Shown here in pieces: positions 23,786 through 36,545 of a DNA stretch of 64,000 nt; the stretch's first letter is position 1, and the number at the start of each line of letters is the position of its first letter. The DNA is from Amphiscolops sp. MND2022 (taxonomy: Eukaryota), in assembly GCA_964187785.1 (NCBI GenBank), contig OZ076409.1:16060001-16124000 (forward strand). The letters run 5' to 3'. The position numbers and the translations under genes are program-made. The notes beneath the pieces are model-generated. The model was not told the origin of the DNA, searched no databases, and worked only from the letters and a program-made list of their open reading frames with translations.

Positions 23786-26700
23786 TTCTCCAAAGGTTTT
23801 AGTTTCGATTAATTTTTTAAGAGACCTCCTATGTTTGATTGAAAAAATGTCGCTTATTTGCGGAAATTTGGTGAATAGTTCGTCTTTGTCGCATAAAATG
23901 GTTTTGTTTAGTATTCTTCCGTTTTTTTATTATTCTTTCGGTTCCTTGTGCAAATTTTGTCTTCCTCTGATTTGCTATTTGGTAATTTCACCACTCTCAT
24001 CAGAAATTGCAACACCAGATGAGATTTCAACAAGGAACAGGAAATTGGATTCGAAGGATCTTCGGGAGCAGCTTGGAATAGTTTTGAAGAACTACGAGAC
24101 CAAGATTGGAACTTTGCTTTGCCGAAAAAATCGAGTAGAACCTGGATCAATTAATTAATTGATTCCTAATCGATTGAAAAATTTAGTCGCTTAAAGCTAA
24201 AAGTAGCTGACAGCTAGACCCGAGCCGAATTGCTGAACGGATGCCCTCTACAATGGTCTGAAAATCAAACTGAAGAACAAACAAGATATCACGAGCATTG
24301 AAGCCTCACAGATCTAAATCCAGCAGGAACAGAAGCTAAACTAATACACGAACTAAAAGCATCAGTTGATGCACGATCCTTGTTGAAATGTTCATCAAGT
24401 TCCACGCCTTTTAAGAGAAAGCCACAAATGCTCAATCGAAATGAAACCCCAAAACAGAATATTTAAAAGCAGCACGTGAATGACTAATTTTTGAAAAGGA
24501 AAGAACCCCTTGTGTGTGATGGGAAAGTGAAAGAGACTGGAAAAGAAAGTAAAACCCAGGTCAAAAAGTGAAAGTGTCAATTTACGGTTGCTGTACAACA
24601 AGTGAGCATTTGATCTGAAGGGACATAGAATGATTCAATAACCTGAATTTTTAATGAAATTTCACACTCATCCACATTCCTAGATACAGTACATCTAAAA
24701 TGCCTACCTCTGACGGGTCCTGTAAATATCCAATCTTATAATGTACCAAGCAAACATTCTTAAACACATGCCATTGATTTTGATCTATACAAATTGTTCT
24801 TATACAAAAGTCAGCTCAAATACGCAAGAAAGGTTTTTTAAAATTTATCAAATATTGAACCACCTTTGAAAAAATTAATAGCCAATGTTTGCTCATCCGT
24901 AGAAATTTCAAATTCCATTAATCTCAAATTCATCAATCCTCTTCAAATGTTTTTAGTCGGCGCATTTTAACAATTTTTTTCCTTTTTTTCGTCAGATAAC
25001 AATGTATGCGTAGTGGACACTTTTTACAGAACTACTAAACTACTGGACCGGCAAACGGAAACGCATCTAAGTTAGTGCAAAGGGTCTCCTCTTTTATTTA
25101 CTCCTTATGTAAGATACATTTTAACGTAAGATACAAAACCGGACGAGACTATAGGGTCCCCCTTTGAGTTTTTTCGGGGACTTTTTTTGATTTTTTTTGT
25201 CGCCAAATTGTTTCCCCTTCAAATTTTTTGATATTTTGCAGCAAACTGAAGTATCAAAAAGCCTAAAGGGTCCCTCCTTTCAAGTTTTTCGGCACTAGTA
25301 GACTGTTTCAAAAATCGCATTTTTCGTTTTTTCGATTTTTTAAAAATGTCTCCGAACGGTCCTCCTATTTTTTTGATATTTTGCAACACTTGATTATCAA
25401 AAAGCCGAAAGGGTCCCCCTTTTACAATTTTAAAAACTTTGCGGTTTTTGAGTCTCAGAGATAACGCCGACTTTAGATGTTCCGGTCTTGTTGAAGAGTA
25501 AGAACGTCTTCGGTAGAATTCGCCTGCGTTGACCTAATTTCCTCTATTGGATCGTCTATCGACCTTTGTTCGGAAGTATTCTTAGTAATGTCTTGAACTT
25601 CAAGACTTAATCGTTCAATTTTTCTGTGAATACTTCTAAAAAACTGTCTACCAGCTTCTTTTTCAGTATTGGTTAAAATATTCCGAGATATCTTGCTTGG
25701 ATTACTAAGTGTCGCACCAAAAAACTCCTCAGCAAAAAACATTGTGTTTATAATTGCTGTCAAATTTCCCTTTCATTTTAAAGGACAAAGCATCCTTTAT
25801 GGGGAAATTTTTTTCAAATGATCGATGTTTGAAGCAAGGATTTTTTAAAAGGATCCTTTGAAGGAAAATAAAAAGTGTGATCCCTGATTACGTGGATTCA
25901 AGTCTCGCACTAAACCAATTTTTATGCTTGCAAAAAAGTAGAAGGGAGACCAAAGGGTCCCCCTTTTGTTTTTCTGCACTCTGCTACTTTTCTCCCCTAA
26001 GTTTTTTCAATCAAAGTGCCACTTTGATTTTTAGCGGAAACAAAGCATTTTCCGAGCATATAGGATCGTTTTAGGTTTTTTGGCACAATTCGATTTACCG
26101 AACAATTTTGCAAACGTCTGAAAAAAGTTTTGTCTGAGGAAAACATATTTTCGAGTCCTAAGGGTGAACTTTGATTGTTTTGGTTCTGTGGAGCTGATGA
26201 AAGTTTTCTGAATAATTGTGGAAAACATCAACGGTTTTCTTTCGACACTGAGCGACTTTTTCTTGGAAAATATTTTATTATTTCTGCGATAGCAGGAATA
26301 TTATTGAAACCTCAAAATGTCTACATTTTTGTTCAGTAAAAGTTTTCGCACGAAACTGAATAATTCAGATATTTTGTTCGGCAATGAGTGTAAGCGAGAG
26401 ATTTAAATTTCTCAAGCTGCCGAAGACAATTCAATTCTCGTGCAATGAAGCGAGCGAGTATTCAGCAGTGAGTGTAAGCAAGAGATTTAAAATTCTCAAG
26501 CTGCCGAAGACAATTCAGCTTGGTAGTTATTACACTTGCGATAAGCAAGTGTTATGGGAAAGTGCGGGTGCTTTTTTTCCGCGCGACAACTCTCTCGTTT
26601 CAGACCGCAAGTCGCATAATTCAGACTTTTTTGGTCTAGCGGTAAGATACTTGCTTTTCAACCCAGAGGGTCCGGGTTCGAACCCGTGCCTATGCGCTAA

Positions 26701-27802
26701 TTTTTTTACAAAATTTTCGAAGCAGAAGATTCTCACTTTTTTCGACAATATGAAACCCCCCTCCCCCTTTTCGGCTTTTTGAGACTTATTTTCGAAAATT
26801 TTTTAATGTCCCCAAAGGGTCCTCCCTTCATTTTTTTGATATTTTGCAACAGAACGAACGTTAAAAAATTCAAAAGGGTCTCTTCTTTCAGATTTTTCGG
26901 CACTACGAGACTGTTAAAAATTCGCATTTTTTTCGAAAATTTTTCGAAGTCTCCAAATGGTCCCCCTTCAATTTTTTTGAAATATCGCAACAGAATGGAT
27001 GTTCAAAAATCTCAAAGAACCCCCCTTTCACAGTTTTCGGCCTTGTGAGATTTTTCAAAAGTAATAATTTTTGTCTTAAAGTTAGGTTTTCTCAGGCCCA
27101 GCAAGCTATATCCGATTTTTTTTCAAAGACCGGTGTTTTTCATATGCGACTTTTTCAATTTTTTTCATCGAAGTCCCCCCTCAATTTTCACCAAAAATGA
27201 AACGTTTTGCGACTCTAATGGATTCGTCAAGGTTTTCGGCACTATGCAACTTCAAAAAAATTGCCGGTAACCTTCAAAAAAAATTTTCGAAAATATTTTA
27301 GAAAAATTTTTGAAAGAAATTCAAAAAAAATTTTCCTTCAATTTTCTGTTCGTTTTTAAAGTTTTCCGTTGAGGAAGATAGGTTTTTTGCTGTTTTTAGT
27401 TGGGGAACAATGGTTTTCTAGACTTACGCCCATCCCTTCGGGTATTTTTTGGCGCTGTAAAATTGATGAAATTTTAACATACTCCTTTTACCCTTGGTTC
27501 TACGTATGATATTGCTTATTTGGTTTTCAAAACTTCGCAAGTGTTTGCGAAGCACGGCTTCGCCTCTGTGTATTATTTTTGGCCCGAGAACAATTAAAGG
27601 CGGTATAAACTGGTTCAGTAATTAATTGTTCGCTAAATAATGATTGAACAGTTTAGTGATATTCAAGATATGATTCTATAATTGAAAATGAAAGATAGAA
27701 GGGAGTGTGTTGATAGTCCAGATATGATTTTATTATTGAAAATAAAAGAGGAGTGTAGTGAACATCTAATTGGAAATTTGTTTTGAATAACCGGTTTTTC
27801 AC

Positions 27803-28181
27803 CATTGTTAACTTCCATAGGGGATAAGTTCTCTCGGTTTGGAAAATTGTTGATTATTTCCAGCATTTTAACTTTTTAAATGTCTTTAACTCTCAAAATG
27901 GCTGACTTCAGTATACTTCCATAGGGGATAAGTTTTGTCGGTTTGAAAAATTGTTAATTAGGTCCAGCATTTAAGTCTTTAATATTCAAAATGGCTTACT
28001 TCAGTATACTTCCATAGGGGACAAGTTCTGCCGGTTTGGAAAATTGTTGATTAGGTCCAGCAGCATTTTAGTTTTTTATCTGTCTTCAACTCAAAATGGC
28101 TTACTTTAGTGTACCTCCATGGGGGATAAGTTCTGAAAAATTGGTGATTATATCCAACATTTTAATTTTTCAAATGTCTAA
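27803..28181. repeat. ~102-bp satellite, block 3 (~4 monomers)
   Basis: Same monomer; starts like block 2 and jumps to the terminal monomer. Confidence 0.9.
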
Positions 28182-31100
28182 TTCTCCAAAGGTTTTAGTT
28201 TCGATTAATTTTTTAAGAGACCTCCTATGTTTGATTGAAAAAATGTCGCTTATTTGCGGAAATTTGGTGAATAGTTCGTCTTTGTCGCATAAAATGGTTT
28301 TGTTTAGTATTCTTCCGTTTTTTTATTATTCTTTCGGTTCCTTGTGCAAATTTTGTCTTCCTCTGATTTGCTATTTGGTAATTTCACCACTCTCATCAGA
28401 AATTGCAACACCAGATGAGATTTCAACAAGGAACAGGAAATTGGATTCGAAGGATCTTCGGGAGCAGCTTGGAATAGTTTTGAAGAACTACGAGACCAAG
28501 ATTGGAACTTTGCTTTGCCGAAAAAATCGAGTAGAACCTGGATCAATTAATTAATTGATTCCTAATCGATTGAAAAATTTAGTCGCTTAAAGCTAAAAGT
28601 AGCTGACAGCTAGACCCGAGCCGAATTGCTGAACGGATGCCCTCTACAATGGTCTGAAAATCAAACTGAAGAACAAACAAGATATCACGAGCATTGAAGC
28701 CTCACAGATCTAAATCCAGCAGGAACAGAAGCTAAACTAATACACGAACTAAAAGCATCAGTTGATGCACGATCCTTGTTGAAATGTTCATCAAGTTCCA
28801 CGCCTTTTAAGAGAAAGCCACAAATGCTCAATCGAAATGAAACCCCAAAACAGAATATTTAAAAGCAGCACGTGAATGACTAATTTTTGAAAAGGAAAGA
28901 ACCCCTTGTGTGTGATGGGAAAGTGAAAGAGACTGGAAAAGAAAGTAAAACCCAGGTCAAAAAGTGAAAGTGTCAATTTACGGTTGCTGTACAACAAGTG
29001 AGCATTTGATCTGAAGGGACATAGAATGATTCAATAACCTGAATTTTTAATGAAATTTCACACTCATCCACATTCCTAGATACAGTACATCTAAAATGCC
29101 TACCTCTGACGGGTCCTGTAAATATCCAATCTTATAATGTACCAAGCAAACATTCTTAAACACATGCCATTGATTTTGATCTATACAAATTGTTCTTATA
29201 CAAAAGTCAGCTCAAATACGCAAGAAAGGTTTTTTAAAATTTATCAAATATTGAACCACCTTTGAAAAAATTAATAGCCAATGTTTGCTCATCCGTAGAA
29301 ATTTCAAATTCCATTAATCTCAAATTCATCAATCCTCTTCAAATGTTTTTAGTCGGCGCATTTTAACAATTTTTTTCCTTTTTTTCGTCAGATAACAATG
29401 TATGCGTAGTGGACACTTTTTACAGAACTACTAAACTACTGGACCGGCAAACGGAAACGCATCTAAGTTAGTGCAAAGGGTCTCCTCTTTTATTTACTCC
29501 TTATGTAAGATACATTTTAACGTAAGATACAAAACCGGACGAGACTATAGGGTCCCCCTTTGAGTTTTTTCGGCGACTTTTTTTGATTTTTTTTGTCGCC
29601 AAATTGTTTCCCCTTCAAATTTTTTGATATTTTGCAGCAAACTGAAGTATCAAAAAGCCTAAAGGGTCCCTCCTTTCAAGTTTTTCGGCACTAGTAGACT
29701 GTTTCAAAAATCGCATTTTTCGTTTTTTCGATTTTTTAAAAATGTCTCCGAACGGTCCTCCTATTTTTTTGATATTTTGCAACACTTGATTATCGAAAAG
29801 CCGAAAGGGTCCCCCTTTTACAATTTTAAAAACTTTGCGGTTTTTGAGTCTCAGAGATAACGCCGACTTTAGATGTTCCGGTCTTGTTGAAGAGTAAGAA
29901 CGTCTTCGGTAGAATTCGCCTGCGTTGACCTAATTTCCTCTATTGGATCGTCTATCGACCTTTGTTCGGAAGTATTCTTAGTAATGTCTTGAACTTCAAG
30001 ACTTAATCGTTCAATTTTTCTGTGAATACTTCTAAAAAACTGTCTACCAGCTTCTTTTTCAGTATTGGTTAAAATATTCCGAGATATCTTGCTTGGATTA
30101 CTAAGTGTCGCACCAAAAAACTCCTCAGCAAAAAACATTGTGTTTATAATTGCTGTCAAATTTCCCTTTCATTTTAAAGGACAAAGCATCCTTTATGGGG
30201 AAATTTTTTTCAAATGATCGATGTTTGAAGCAAGGATTTTTTAAAAGGATCCTTTGAAGGAAAATAAAAAGTGTGATCCCTGATTACGTGGATTCGAGTC
30301 TCGCACTAAACCAATTTTTATGCTTGCAAAAAAGTAGAAGGGAGACCAAAGGGTCCCCCTTTTGTTTTTCTGCACTCTGCTACTTTTCTCCCCGAAGTTT
30401 TTTCAATCAAAGTGCCACTTTGATTTTTAGCGGAAACAAAGCATTTTCCGAGCATATAGGATCGTTTTAGGTTTTTTGGCACAATTCGATTTACCGAACA
30501 ATTTTGCAAACGTCTGAAAAAAGTTTTGTCTGAGGAAAACATATTTTCGAGTCCTAAGGGTGAACTTTGATTGTTTTGGTTCTGTGGAGCTGATGAAAGT
30601 TTTCTGAATAATTGTGGAAAACATCAACGGTTTTCTTTCGACACTGAGCGACTTTTTCTTGGAAAATATTTTATTATTTCTGCGATAGCAGGAATATTAT
30701 TGAAACCTCAAAATGTCTACATTTTTGTTCAGTAAAAGTTTTCGCACGAAACTGAATAATTCAGATATTTTGTTCGGCAATGAGTGTAAGCGAGAGATTT
30801 AAATTTCTCAAGCTGCCGAAGACAATTCAATTCTCGTGCAATGAAGCGAGCGAGTATTCAGCAGTGAGTGTAAGCAAGAGATTTAAAATTCTCAAGCTGC
30901 CGAAGACAATTCAGCTTGGTAGTTATTACACTTGCGATAAGCAAGTGTTATGGGAAAGTGCGGGTGCTTTTTTTCCGCGCGACAACTCTCTCGTTTCAGA
31001 CCGCAAGTCGCATAATTCAGACTTTTTTGGTCTAGCGGTAAGATACTTGCTTTTCAACCCAGAGGGTCCGGGTTCGAACCCGTGCCTATGCGCTAATTTT

Positions 31101-32198
31101 TTTACAAAATTTTCGAAGCAGAAGATTCTCACTTTTTTCGACAATATGAAACCCCCCTCCCCCTTTTCGGCTTTTTGAGACTTATTTTCGAAAATTTTTT
31201 AATGTCCCCAAAGGGTCCTCCCTTCATTTTTTTGATATTTTGCAACAGAACGAACGTTAAAAAATTCAAAAGGGTCTCTTCTTTCAGATTTTTCGGCACT
31301 ACGAGACTGTTAAAAATTCGCATTTTTTTCGAAAATTTTTCGAAGTCTCCAAATGGTCCCCCTTCAATTTTTTTGAAATATCGCAACAGAATGGATGTTC
31401 AAAAATCTCAAAGAACCCCCCTTTCACAGTTTTCGGCCTTGTGAGATTTTTCAAAAGTAATAATTTTTGTCTTAAAGTTAGGTTTTCTCAGGCCCAGCAA
31501 GCTATATCCGATTTTTTTTCAAAGACCGGTGTTTTTCATATGCGACTTTTTCAATTTTTTTCATCGAAGTCCCCCCTCAATTTTCACCAAAAATGAAACG
31601 TTTTGCGACTCTAATGGATTCGTCAAGGTTTTCGGCACTATGCAACTTCAAAAAAATTGCCGGTAACCTTCAAAAAAAATTTTCGAAAATATTTTAGAAA
31701 AATTTTTGAAAGAAATTCAAAAAAAATTTTCCTTCAATTTTCTGTTCGTTTTTAAAGTTTTCCGTTGAGGAAGATAGGTTTTTTGCTGTTTTTAGTTGGG
31801 GAACAATGGTTTTCTAGACTTACGCCCATCCCTTCGGGTATTTTTTGGCGCTGTAAAATTGATGAAATTTTAACATACTCCTTTTACCCTTGGTTCTACG
31901 TATGATATTGCTTATTTGATTTTCAAAACTTCGCAAGTGTTTGCGAAGCACGGCTTCGCCTCTGTGTATTATTTTTGGCCCGAGAACAATTAAAGGCGGT
32001 ATAAACTGGTTCAGTAATTAATTGTTCGCTAAATAATGATTGAACAGTTTAGTGATATTCAAGATATGATTCTATAATTGAAAATGAAAGATAGAAGGGA
32101 GTGTGTTGATAGTCCAGATATGATTTTATTATTGAAAATAAAAGAGGAGTGTAGTGAACATCTAATTGGAAATTTGTTTTGAATAACCGGTTTTTCAC

Positions 32199-35100
32199 CA
32201 TTGTTAACTTCCATAGGGGATAAGTTCTCTCGGTTTGGAAAATTGTTGATTATTTCCAGCATTTTAACTTTTTAAATGTCTTTAACTCTCAAAATGGCTG
32301 ACTTCAGTATACTTCCATAGGGGATAAGTTTTGTCGGTTTGAAAAATTGTTAATTAGGTCCAGCATTTAAGTCTTTAACTTTCAAAATGGCTTACTTCAG
32401 TATACTTCCATAGGGGACAAGTTCTGCCGGTTTGGAAAATTGTTGATTAGGTCCAGCAGCATTTTAGTTTTTTATCTGTCTTCAACTCAAAATGGCTTAC
32501 TTTAGTGTACTTCTATATGGAATAAGTTCTGTCGGTTTGAAAAACTGTTGATTATGTCCAGCATTTTAGTTTTTATTTCCCTTAAAGTCTCAAAATGGCT
32601 TACTTCAGTGTACTTCTATAGGGAATAAGTTCAGTCGGTTTGAAAAATTGTTTATTATGTCCAGCATTTTAGTTTTTCATTTGTCTTTAACTCACAAAAT
32701 GGCTTACTTTAGTGTACTTTTATATAGAATAAGTTCTCTCGGTTTGAAAAATTGTTGATTATTTCCAGCATTTTAACTTTTTAAACGTCTTTAACTCTCA
32801 AAATGGCTGACCTCAGTATACTTCCATAGGGGATAAGTTTTGTCGGTTTGAAAAATTGTTGATTAGGTCCAGCATTTAAGTCTTTAACTCTCAAAATGGC
32901 TTACTTCAGTATACTTCCATATAGTTGATAGCAACATTTTAGTTTTTTATCTGTCTTTAACTCAAAATGGCTTATTTTAGTGTACTTCTCTATGGAATAA
33001 GTTCTGTCGGTTTGAAAAATTGTTAATTATGTCAAGCAAGTTAGGTTTTTATTTGTCTTTAACTCTCAAAATGGCTTACTTTAGTGTACTTCCATAGGGG
33101 ATAAGTGCTGCCGGTTTGGAAAATTGTTGATTAGGTCCAGCAGCATTTTAGTTTTTTATCTGTCTTTAACTCAAAATGGCTTACTTTAGTGTACTTCTAT
33201 AGAGAAAAGTTCTGTCGGTTTGAAAAATTGTTATTATGTCCAGCATTTTAAGTTTTTATTTGTCTTTAACTCTCAAAATGGCTTACTTTAGTGTACTTCT
33301 ATATGAAATAAGTTCTCTCGGTTTGAAAAATTGTTGATTATTTCCAGCAATTTAACTTTTTAAATGTCTTTAACTCTCAAAATGGTTTACTTCAGTATAC
33401 TTCCATAGGGGATAGGTTTTGTCGGTTTGAAAAATTGTTGATTAGGTCCAGCATTCAAGTCTTTAACTCTGAAAAAGGCTTACTTCAGTATACTTCCATA
33501 GTGGATAAGTTCTGCAGGTTTGGAAAATTGTTGATTAGGTCCAGCAGCATTTTAGTTTTTTATCTGTCTTTAACTCAAAATGGCTTACTTTAGTGTACTT
33601 CTATAGAGAAAAGTTCTGTCGGTTTGAAAAATTGTTATTATGTCCAGCATTTTAGGTTTTTATTTGTCTTTAACTCTCGAAATGGCTTACTTTAGTGTAC
33701 TTCTATATGAAATAAGTTCTCTCGGTTTGAAAAATTGTTGATTATTTCCAGCAATTTAACTTTTTAAATGTCTTTAACTCTCAAAATGGTTTACTTCAGT
33801 ATACTTCCATAGGGGATAAGTTTTGTCGGTTTGAAAAATTGTTGATTAGGTCCAGCATTCAAGTCTTTAACTCTCAAAAAGGCTTACTTCAGTATACTTC
33901 CATAGTGGATAAGTTCTGCAGGTTTGGAAAATTGTTGATTAGGTCCAGCAGCATTTTAGTTTTTTATCTGACTTTAACTCAAAATGGCTTACTTTAGTGT
34001 ACTTCTATATGGAATAAGTTCTGTCGGTTTGAAAAATTGTTAATTATGTCAAGCAATTTAGGTTTTTATTTGTCTTTAACTCTCAAAATGGCTTACTTTA
34101 GTGTACTTCCATAGGGGATAAGTGCTGCCGGTTTGGAAAACTGTTGATTAGGTCCAGCAGCATTTTAGTTTTTTATCTGTCTTTAACTCAAAATGGCTTA
34201 CTTTAGTGTACTTCTATAGAGAAAAGTTCTGTCGGTTTGAAAAGTTGTTATTATATCCAGCATTTTAGGTTTTTATTTGTCTTTAACTCTCAAAATGGCT
34301 TACTTTAGTGTCTTTCTATATGAAATAAGTTCTCTCGGTTTGAAAAATTGTTGATTATTTCCAGCAATTTAACTTTTTAAATGTCTTTAACTCTCAAAAT
34401 GGTTTACTTCAGTATACTTCCATAGGGGATAATCTTTGTCGGTTTGAAAAATTGTTGATTAGGTCCAGCATTCAAGTCTTTAACTCTCAAAAAGGCTTAC
34501 TTCAGTATACTTCCATAGTGGATAAGTTCTGCAGGTTTGGAAAATTGTTGATTAAGTCCAGCAGCATTTTAGTTTTTTATCTGTCTTTAACTCAAAATGG
34601 ATTACTTTAGTGTACTTCTATATGGAATAAGTTCTGTCAATTTGAAAAACTGTTGATTATGTCAAGCATGTTAGGTTTTTATTTGTGTTCAACTCTCAAA
34701 GTGGCATACTTTAGTGTACTTCCATAGTGGATAAGTTCTCTCAGGTTTGAAAAATTGTTGATTATTTCCAGCATTTTAACTTTTCAAATGTCTTTAACTC
34801 TCAAAATGGCTTACTTTAGTGTATTTCCAAAGGGGATAAGTTCTGTCGGTTTGAAAAATTGTTGATTATGTCCAGCAATTTAACTTTTTAAATGTCTTTA
34901 ACTCTCAAAAAAGCAGACTTTAGTGTACTTCTATATGGAATAAGTTCTGTCGGTTTAACAAATTGTTGATTGTTGAGCATTTTAGGTTTTTATTTGTCTT
35001 TAACTCTCAAAATGTCTTACTTTAGTGTACTTCTATATGGAATAAGTTCTCTCGATTTGAAAAATTGTTGAATATTTCCAGCAATTTAACTTTTTAAATG

Positions 35101-36545
35101 TCTTTAACTCTCAAAATGGCATACTTTAGTATACTTCCATAGGAGATAAGTTTTGTCGGTTTCAAAAATTGTTGATTAGGTCCAGCATTTAAGTCTTTAA
35201 CTCTCAAAATGGCTTACTTCAGTTAACTTCCATAGGGGATAAGTTCTGCAGGTTTGGAAAATTGTTGATTAGGTCCACCAGCATTTTAGTTTTTCATCTG
35301 TCTTTAACTCAAAATGGCTTCCTTTAGTGTACTTCTATATGGAATAAGTTCTGTCGGTTTGAGAAACTGTTGATTATGTCAAGCATTTTAGGTTTTTATT
35401 TGTCTTTAACTCTCAAAATGGCAAACTTTAGTGTACTTCCATAGTGGATAAGTTCTCTCAGGTTTGAAAAATTGTTGATTATGTTCAGCATTTTGGTTTT
35501 TTTAAATTTTTCTTTAACACTCAAAATGACTCACTTTAGTGTACTTCCATAGGCGATAAGTTCTGTCGTTTCTAAAAATTGTTGAATATTTCCAGCATTT
35601 TAACTTTTCAATTGTCTTTAACTCTCAAAATGCCCTACTTTAGTGTTCTTAAATAGGGGATAATTTCTGTCGGTTTGAAAAATAGTTGATTATGTCCAGC
35701 ATTTTAGTTTTTTATTTGTCTTTAACTCTCGAAATGGCTGACTTTAGTGTACTTCTATATGGAATAAGTTCTGTCGGTTTGAAAAATTGTTGATTGTCGA
35801 GCATTTTAGGTTTTTATTTGTCTTTAACTCTCAAAATGGCTTACTTTAGTGTACTTCCATAGAGATGAGTTCTCTCGGTTCGAAAAATTATTGAATATTT
35901 CCTGCATTTTAACTTTTCAAATGTCTTTAACTCTCAAAATGGCTTACTTCAGTATACTTCAATAACGGATAAATACTCTCGGTTTGAAAAATTGTTGATT
36001 ATGTCCAGAATTTCGGTTTTTTACTTGTCTTTAACTCTCAAAATGACTCACTTTAGTGCACTTCCATAGGTGATAAGCTCTGTCGGTTTGAAAAATAGTT
36101 GATTATGTCCAGCATTTTAGTTTTTTATTTGTCTTTAACTCCCGAAATGGCTGATTTTAGTGTACTTTATATGGAACAAGTTCTGTCGGTTTGAAAAATT
36201 GTTGATTGTCGAGCATTTTGGTTTTTATTTGTCTTTAACTCTCAAAATGACTCACTTTAGTGTACTTCCATAGGTAATGTATGTGATGAGTTCTGTCGTT
36301 TCTCAAAAATTGTTATTTCCAGCATTTTAACTTTTCAATTGTCTTTAACTCTGAAAATGGCTTACTTTAGTGTACTTCCATAGGGGATAGGTTCTGTCGG
36401 TTTGAAAAATAGTTGATTATGTCCAGCATTTTAGTTTTTATTTTTCTTTAACTCTCAAAATGGCTTACTTCAGTGTACCTCCATGGGGGATAAGTTCTGA
36501 AAAATTGGTGATTATATCCAGCATTTTAATTTTTCAAATGTCTAA
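32199..36545. repeat. ~102-bp satellite, block 4 (~43 monomers)
   Basis: Same monomer, with recurrent multi-monomer higher-order patterns. Confidence 0.95.

Noticed and set aside
20660..36545. Satellite blocks as a CRISPR-like array
   Set aside because: Monomers are contiguous and homologous along their whole length; no unique spacers, no cas genes, eukaryotic context.
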